A DNA stretch of 11,979 nucleotides from Promethearchaeia archaeon (lineage in GTDB: Archaea > Asgardarchaeota > Lokiarchaeia > Sigyniarchaeales > SOKP01): positions 1 to 11,979 of the forward strand of contig JAHQWL010000005.1 in the NCBI GenBank assembly GCA_029856155.1. The letters are read 5' to 3'. The translations under genes were made by a program, and so were the position numbers. The notes below the pieces were generated by a model, which was not told the DNA's origin, did not search any database, and saw nothing but the letters and a program-made list of their open reading frames with translations. Shown here in pieces: positions 6,736-11,979 of the stretch (the stretch's first letter is position 1; each line of letters opens with the position of its first letter).

Positions 6736-6843
6736 GCCGGTGTGGCTTAGCTGGTTATAGCGCCAGACTCATAATCCTACTGAAAAAATGGGTCAGACTG
6801 GATGTATTCTGGAGGTTCGAGGGCTCAAATCCCTCCACCGGCA
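6736..6843 (+). tRNA. tRNA-Met(CAT), elongator-like, with 33-nt anticodon-loop intron
   Basis: Acceptor GCCGGTG/CACCGGC with A73, D-arm GCTTAGCTGGTTATAGC, anticodon stem CCAGA/TCTGG, loop CTCATAA plus a 33-nt insert, T-stem GAGGG/CCCTC. G1:C72 and the lack of three consecutive G:C anticodon-stem pairs argue against an initiator. Ile2 is not fully excluded. Confidence 0.88.
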
Positions 6844-6887
6844 TTCTTATTATGAAAGAATTTTCATTTAGAAAAAAGTGAGGGTAT

Positions 6888-7886
6888 TCAAAAGCAGAAT
6901 TTCCCTTTTTTAATTAAAACCTTAGTCGAATCATCTTTATAAGTGATTTTTATTGTTGGTTTATAGAATAAAAAATCTCTATGTGTTTTTGAATTGTTCT
7001 GCCCACCAATCATGTCAATATTATTGCCAAAAGCAATATGAGCTGTATCAAGAGCTTTTTCATCCTCAAGCATAATTCCATTTAATTTAGCACCAGGGTT
7101 TAGACCTATTCCCAACTCTCCAATAACTCTCGCTTCTTCATCTATATTAATTAATTTCTCAACTTCTTCAATTAGGTTTCGATCTTCACTTTCAATGTTA
7201 ACAATTTTTCCGTTTTTCACATTTATTTCTAGGGGTTTCTTTACTTTACCGATATCACCAATTGAACCATCACATACAATAATGCCATCACCCTTAGATT
7301 CAATGGGTCCACACCATATTTCACCACATGGTAGATTCGCAAGATAAGGATCCTTGGTAATTTTAACATCCATAGAAAATCCTCGATCTTCGATATACAA
7401 CACAATATCTGTTCCTCCTGGTGCTGAGACATGTGCTCTTTTAGCATTCTCTAAATTTTTAATCATTTTATCTGCTATATCTTCCATTTTTTTATAATCA
7501 ATATTCATAGGACCTTTAGTCATCATAGATTTAGTAATACCTGGACCATGACCTAATCGAATTGATTTAGTAGCAATTATTTCTTTTATCCATTTAACTC
7601 GAAATGGAGTTTCATCACTCAATCCTTTAAAAGCATTTATAACTATTGTTTTCCCCTTAGCTAACGCACTCATTTGATTTGGTATTTCTGATAATGGTCG
7701 TTCTTTTTCTGGTAAGATAAATAATTGTGCTGACGAACCGTACTCGATAGCTGCATTATAAAACGCTTGGCCTATTCTTTTAGTAGAAATGTCAGTCACA
7801 ACCAAAACATCATCTTCTTTATTCAAATTCATTACGTGAATCATAGCATTTTGGGCGGAAGTTGTCATCTTTTGAAATTTGCTCAT
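6888..7886 (-). CDS. M29 family (aminopeptidase T / thermophilic metalloprotease) aminopeptidase
   Basis: NLPCGEI, IGELGIGLNP and EDEKALDTAHIAFGNN..GGQNNSKTHRD metal-ligand motifs. Confidence 0.88.
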   Translation of the reverse strand: MSKFQKMTTSAQNAMIHVMNLNKEDDVLVVTDISTKRIGQAFYNAAIEYGSSAQLFILPEKERPLSEIPNQMSALAKGKTIVINAFKGLSDETPFRVKWIKEIIATKSIRLGHGPGITKSMMTKGPMNIDYKKMEDIADKMIKNLENAKRAHVSAPGGTDIVLYIEDRGFSMDVKITKDPYLANLPCGEIWCGPIESKGDGIIVCDGSIGDIGKVKKPLEINVKNGKIVNIESEDRNLIEEVEKLINIDEEARVIGELGIGLNPGAKLNGIMLEDEKALDTAHIAFGNNIDMIGGQNNSKTHRDFLFYKPTIKITYKDDSTKVLIKKGKFCF

Positions 7887-8122
7887 AATAATTTATTCAC
7901 TGATAGTAGTATGAATTTTAGTAAAAATATACTCTTTAATATTGGTGAAAATAATGGATTTAACTTAATCTTTTCTAATTAAAACTGACACAATTTAGAA
8001 TATTTGGAAAAGGATTTGATTTTTTTACCAAATTGTAAAAGCATATATTTCTAGTTATTTAACTATTAATTATCTTCAAATCCAATAAAAATTAAGTGAA
8101 ATAGAAAAAGAGGGTTGTAAGT

Positions 8123-8449
8123 ATGGTATTAATTATGACAACAAGCTGGATTCCTTTTGGTAAGGAAAAAGAGGTCGGACAAAAATATCTAGAAGTAACT
8201 AAGAAATATCCTATGGATAGATCTTTAGAAAAAAACCTTGTACCAATGGGAGTGAAAGCTACTAAAAAGGGAATTAAAGTTTTTAGTGTCGCAGAAGTAA
8301 AACAAGGAAAATATGAAGAATTGCTTAAACGAATTACAGAAATGCAATTAATCTATTCTGAAATTGAAGGATTTAAATATAAGGTGGAAACATTTCTAAC
8401 GGGAGTAGATGCTATGCCACTGGTTGGTCTAAGGATGCCTGATCTATAA
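8123..8449 (+). CDS. Hypothetical protein (small alpha/beta, possibly ferredoxin-like fold)
   Basis: 108-aa ORF with GAGGG SD and an alternating beta/alpha pattern. No catalytic motif recognised. Confidence 0.75.
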   Translation: MVLIMTTSWIPFGKEKEVGQKYLEVTKKYPMDRSLEKNLVPMGVKATKKGIKVFSVAEVKQGKYEELLKRITEMQLIYSEIEGFKYKVETFLTGVDAMPLVGLRMPDL

Positions 8450-8496
8450 TTTCCTGAATTTCAAATCTTGAATTATATTATATCTTTTTTTTCTCA

Positions 8497-9312
8497 TTAC
8501 TTGTTTTCTTTAACAATTGTGCCTCCAGCTCTTTGTTTTGCTCTTTTCTCAAATTTACTTTGGAATCCTGGGTTATAATTCATATATTTAGGAATAGGAT
8601 ATCTCAAACCTGCTTTATGTGTTGCTTCTAATCCATCTAAGACAATTTCCAATTTGCTTTTTGGAATTGAGAACATAACCTCTGAATCTTCTGCCCCTCC
8701 CCAAACTCTATCACCATTTCCTAAGATTACTAGTTGAGGTTCATTAGTTTTAATAGTTTTGATTACACCTTCATGACAAGATCCAACTCTTCCAGCAGAT
8801 GTGAAATCAAGTACTCCCCCCTTCATATAAAGGTAAGCTTGTACTAGCCTTGTAGCTTGTGCAGGATTACAATAAATTTGAACCACATCAGGCTCAACTC
8901 TCGTTCTTGTTAAGGGAGAGATAACAAGACCAAAACATTTTTTCTTCAGAATGTAAAGGTGTTTTTGAAATTTTTTGGAGGTTTCAATGTCTTTTGCATA
9001 AAGACCAATATTGAACTGATTACCAAAATTTATTGTTTCTTCTGTCATTGAATCCCATCCATATACCGTTCTTGCTAATTTACAAATACAATCTTCTTCT
9101 GTTACAACCATAGTCCAGCCATAATTACGAACCATTTTAAATGTTTGACATAGGAAAGTTTGAATTTGTAAATCAGATTTGGGTTTTTTATAATTGCTAG
9201 GAATCTCTGATTCCTCTTGTATAAGCTTAATTGCAATTGGATATGTTGATGGTCTTAGAAATTCCTCTATTTTTTTACCCTGTTCTTGGTATATTTTTAG
9301 ATTTTCACTCAT
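8497..9312 (-). CDS. DUF169 family protein
   Basis: LRPSTYPIAIKL, CQTFKMVR..GW, VEPDVVQIYCNPAQATRLVQA and GNGDRVWGGAEDSEVMFSIP. Confidence 0.85.
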   Translation of the reverse strand: MSENLKIYQEQGKKIEEFLRPSTYPIAIKLIQEESEIPSNYKKPKSDLQIQTFLCQTFKMVRNYGWTMVVTEEDCICKLARTVYGWDSMTEETINFGNQFNIGLYAKDIETSKKFQKHLYILKKKCFGLVISPLTRTRVEPDVVQIYCNPAQATRLVQAYLYMKGGVLDFTSAGRVGSCHEGVIKTIKTNEPQLVILGNGDRVWGGAEDSEVMFSIPKSKLEIVLDGLEATHKAGLRYPIPKYMNYNPGFQSKFEKRAKQRAGGTIVKENK

Positions 9313-9443
9313 TTTCTTAATTTTCTTTTAATTCAAAATTACTGTTTTAATTAAGTAATCTTTGAATAATGAATAATTTTTTCAATTAAAAATTGGTTTG
9401 AAACTAAAAGGTTTTTTATATCAAAATCTTAAATAAAAATATT

Positions 9444-11015
9444 ATGAAACTGTTAAATTCTGAAAAGATTAGTTCTGAAGAGATGGCAATTTTAGATAAT
9501 AACTCAGAATGGCTAGGAATACCTAAAAGTCACTTAATGGAATGTGCGGGTTATTCTGTCGCAGCTAAAATTATGAATCGTAATTATTTAGGGATAAACC
9601 AGAAAGCAGTAATTTTTTGTGGAACAGGAAACAACGGAGGAGATGGATTTGTTGTTGCTAGGCATTTAAGTTCTTATGGAGTTAAAGTTTTCGTTATTTT
9701 AGTTGGTAATCCAGATAAAATTCGAACAAAAGAAGCTCAATTAAATTGGAATATAATATTAAACAACCTTAATTATTCTATTGAGGTAGAAATAGTAAAA
9801 GATTCCACAGATTTAATTAAAATAGGAAATATTATTAAAGAAAATAAAGATTATGGGGTAATTGTTGATGCATTGTTAGGAACGGGAATAGAAGGAAAGA
9901 TCAGAGAACCTATAAATTCTGCAATAGATTTAATAAACGAGATTAAAAAAGTAGAAAATGAAAGGATTACAGTAATTTCCATTGATATACCATCAGGATT
10001 AGATCCCAATACAGGAGCTGTCTCTGATAAGGCGGTTAAATCAGATCTAGTAATTACGTTTCATAGAAGAAAAAAAGGATTGTCCTGCAGTAGTGAATAT
10101 ATAAAAGAAATAATTGAAAAATCAATTGGAATTCCGCCAGAGGCGAGGCTATTCGTAGGCAAAGGCAATTTTATACAAACCTTAAAAAAAAGGAGAATTG
10201 ATGTTCATAAAGGGGAGTTTGGGAAAATATTAATTGTAGGAGGATCTAAGAATTACTCTGGTGCTCCAGCGTATGCTTCTTTAACCGGAATTAATTTCGG
10301 GATAGATTTAGTTATTACATATGTACCAGAAGTAATAGGCAACGTACTTAGAAATTATTCTCCCAATATGATCATAAGAACTAATAAAGGTAACTGGTTG
10401 AATATAGAAGCTTTAGATGAACTTACTGAATTGATAAAATGGGCAGATTCAATAGTTATCGGCCCCGGCTTGGGAACAGAAAAAGAAACTGAAAAATTGT
10501 TTGTAGAATTGTTGAAAATTTTAAAAAATCAAAAGAAACCAATGGTTCTTGATGCAGATGCGTTAAAATTGGTAAAGGATCATCTTGATTTGATTAAAGG
10601 TTTACCCATTATTTTAACTCCACATAAAGGAGAGCTAAAAATAATGACAGGTTTAGAATTACCTGTTTTTACTAATATTAAGGATCTAAGTAAAATTACT
10701 CTCGATTTAGCTAAAAAATTAGACTTAACTCTATTGATAAAAGGGCCATTTGATTACATCTCTAATGGAAAGCAAATTAAAATTAATAAAACAGGTTGTC
10801 CAGAGATGTCTATAGGTGGTACTGGTGATGTATTAGCTGGGTTATGTGCATGTTTTTTAGCAACGGATAATCCTCCTTTTGAGTCCGCATGCTCAGCAGC
10901 TTTTTTTAATGGTATCTTAGGGGAATATTGCAAAAAGAATCTCGGAGATCGTTTTACTACATTAGACATGGTTAATAATATTAATAATGCGATAAAAAGC
11001 GTTTTTACTATTTAA
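9444..11015 (+). CDS. nnr: Bifunctional NAD(P)H-hydrate epimerase/dehydratase (YjeF_N + carbohydrate-kinase-like domain)
   Basis: LMECAG, CGTGNNGGDG, DALLGTG and DIPSG in the epimerase domain. HKGEFG, YSGAP, IGPGLG, LDADAL, TPHKGE and GGTGDVLAG in the dehydratase domain. Confidence 0.95.
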   Translation: MKLLNSEKISSEEMAILDNNSEWLGIPKSHLMECAGYSVAAKIMNRNYLGINQKAVIFCGTGNNGGDGFVVARHLSSYGVKVFVILVGNPDKIRTKEAQLNWNIILNNLNYSIEVEIVKDSTDLIKIGNIIKENKDYGVIVDALLGTGIEGKIREPINSAIDLINEIKKVENERITVISIDIPSGLDPNTGAVSDKAVKSDLVITFHRRKKGLSCSSEYIKEIIEKSIGIPPEARLFVGKGNFIQTLKKRRIDVHKGEFGKILIVGGSKNYSGAPAYASLTGINFGIDLVITYVPEVIGNVLRNYSPNMIIRTNKGNWLNIEALDELTELIKWADSIVIGPGLGTEKETEKLFVELLKILKNQKKPMVLDADALKLVKDHLDLIKGLPIILTPHKGELKIMTGLELPVFTNIKDLSKITLDLAKKLDLTLLIKGPFDYISNGKQIKINKTGCPEMSIGGTGDVLAGLCACFLATDNPPFESACSAAFFNGILGEYCKKNLGDRFTTLDMVNNINNAIKSVFTI

Positions 11016-11196
11016 TATTTTGCAAAACGATATCTGCTTATTAAACAGAAGTCAGAATGTGAATAAAGAACAAGATAAAGATTTATTAATTTTTAATATT
11101 ATTATATTATTAACTTAGTTATTGTGAAAACTTAAGTTGAGGTTTTAGAATTCTTTTAATATTAAATTTCAACAAAAAAAAGGAGATTGATTAAAT

Positions 11197-11979
11197 TTGT
11201 CGCCACAATTATTTCTTATCAACCCAGACGGCACCACCACTGAAATGACTAGTGAGGGTCCAATTAAAAACGTATTAGAAACGGGTGAATGTTATGTTCT
11301 AGTTTCTAATGATGCTAGAAAAGTATATCTATGGAAAGGAGTTAAAAGCAGTGTTAGATCAAAATTTATTGGTGCTAAAAGATCTCAAGAAATCAGAGGT
11401 CAAGTCGGAATGCACTATGCTGTCGTTCCACTCGATGAGGGTGAAGAGGATCCCGAATTTATTAAGCTAATTGGGGGGCATACAGAAGCAGGTATTGCAA
11501 AAGAAATAAAGGCTGCAGAAGTAGCCCGTCCAAATGTGCATCCATTACGAGAAAAGAATATTTTTGGCACTCCAGAACCTGCTGAAGGAATGAATATAGC
11601 AGGGAGCAAGGACAGAGCAGCTCAAAATATTGGTCCGTTGTATAGGGGTGAAGAGTCTATGGCTGACTTCGTACAGGACCAAACTCATGTAGACTTTCAA
11701 CAAGTAATGCAAAAATTAGAAGAAATTCAAATACCACCTGGTTTTGAAAGAGAGCTGATTATTATTGGTAATCATGCGTACTCAATTGTTGAAAAAGTAC
11801 AACAATTCCTTGGTGAAAAACAGGTTACTAAAGAAATCTCGAAGGTTGGAGCTATTCCAGAGGGCATATTCTTTGCAGATCAATATGCACCGAGAATTTT
11901 AAGTGAAAATGGAAAAATAATTGCTATAGAATTCCTAAAACGTACTAACGTCAAATCTAAACCAGTAGAAGTTAAAAGC
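11197..11979 (+). CDS. Gelsolin/villin-domain protein with linker and additional C-terminal domain (1DGelX-like); 3'-truncated by the window
   Basis: Not in the ORF track. TTG start after AGGAG, 261 open codons to the window edge. LETGECYVLV..RKVYLWKGVKSSVRSKFIGA..VVPLDEGEEDPEFIKLIG is a gelsolin-repeat signature. Confidence 0.85.
   Translation, partial: MSPQLFLINPDGTTTEMTSEGPIKNVLETGECYVLVSNDARKVYLWKGVKSSVRSKFIGAKRSQEIRGQVGMHYAVVPLDEGEEDPEFIKLIGGHTEAGIAKEIKAAEVARPNVHPLREKNIFGTPEPAEGMNIAGSKDRAAQNIGPLYRGEESMADFVQDQTHVDFQQVMQKLEEIQIPPGFERELIIIGNHAYSIVEKVQQFLGEKQVTKEISKVGAIPEGIFFADQYAPRILSENGKIIAIEFLKRTNVKSKPVEVKS

Noticed and set aside
6774-6807. Two nested introns in tRNA-Met (CTCA could pair with TGGG at 6789-6792)
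   Set aside because: It would leave a 12-nt residual with no supporting motif. A single 33-nt intron is simpler and has better helices.
5105-6843. Islet as a tRNA-targeted island
   Set aside because: No duplicated tRNA fragment is seen. The islet lies about 200 bp upstream of the tRNA 5' end and its boundary repeat is yhhN-derived.
6648-6881. 77-aa ORF
   Set aside because: Overlaps two well-formed tRNA genes, so it is spurious.
6860-6890. Selenocysteine read-through of the peptidase TGA
   Set aside because: The M29 domain is already complete, another TGA follows within a few codons, and no SECIS is evident.
7241-7982. 68-aa and 71-aa ORFs
   Set aside because: Overlap the M29 peptidase in alternate or antisense frames.
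10754-10969. 71-aa antisense ORF
   Set aside because: Shadow of nnr.
11128-11140. Short AACTTAAGTT palindrome upstream of the gelsolin gene
   Set aside because: A 10-bp AT-rich palindrome is expected by chance at this base composition.
11415-11609. 64-aa antisense ORF
   Set aside because: Shadow of the gelsolin-domain gene on the + strand.
1-11979. CRISPR array, transposase or integrase
   Set aside because: No regularly spaced repeats or recombinase motifs were seen by eye.

Overview
AT-rich archaeal window, very likely Asgard (Lokiarchaeia-like). That call is inferred from a gelsolin-domain gene, intron-containing archaeal tRNAs and the gene families present. From left to right it contains: (1) a 5'-truncated SPFH/flotillin-like gene and a beta-carbonic anhydrase with an unusual C-terminal tail; (2) a minus-strand operon (unlisted 47-aa ORF, flavin reductase, DUF3795-like Cys-rich protein, PNPOx-like FMN-binding protein, MarR) headed by a 34-bp palindromic operator; (3) a YhhN/lysoplasmalogenase-family gene whose last 147 bp recur 1536 bp downstream as a mostly synonymously diverged copy, bracketing three orphan membrane-protein genes as an integrase-less islet; (4) tandem tRNA-Thr(GGT) with a 30-nt T-loop intron and tRNA-Met(CAT) with a 33-nt intron probably at 38/39; (5) an M29 aminopeptidase, a small hypothetical protein, DUF169 and a bifunctional NAD(P)HX repair enzyme; (6) a 3'-truncated gelsolin-domain protein missing from the ORF track. 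All family assignments come from motif recognition by eye, not database searches.
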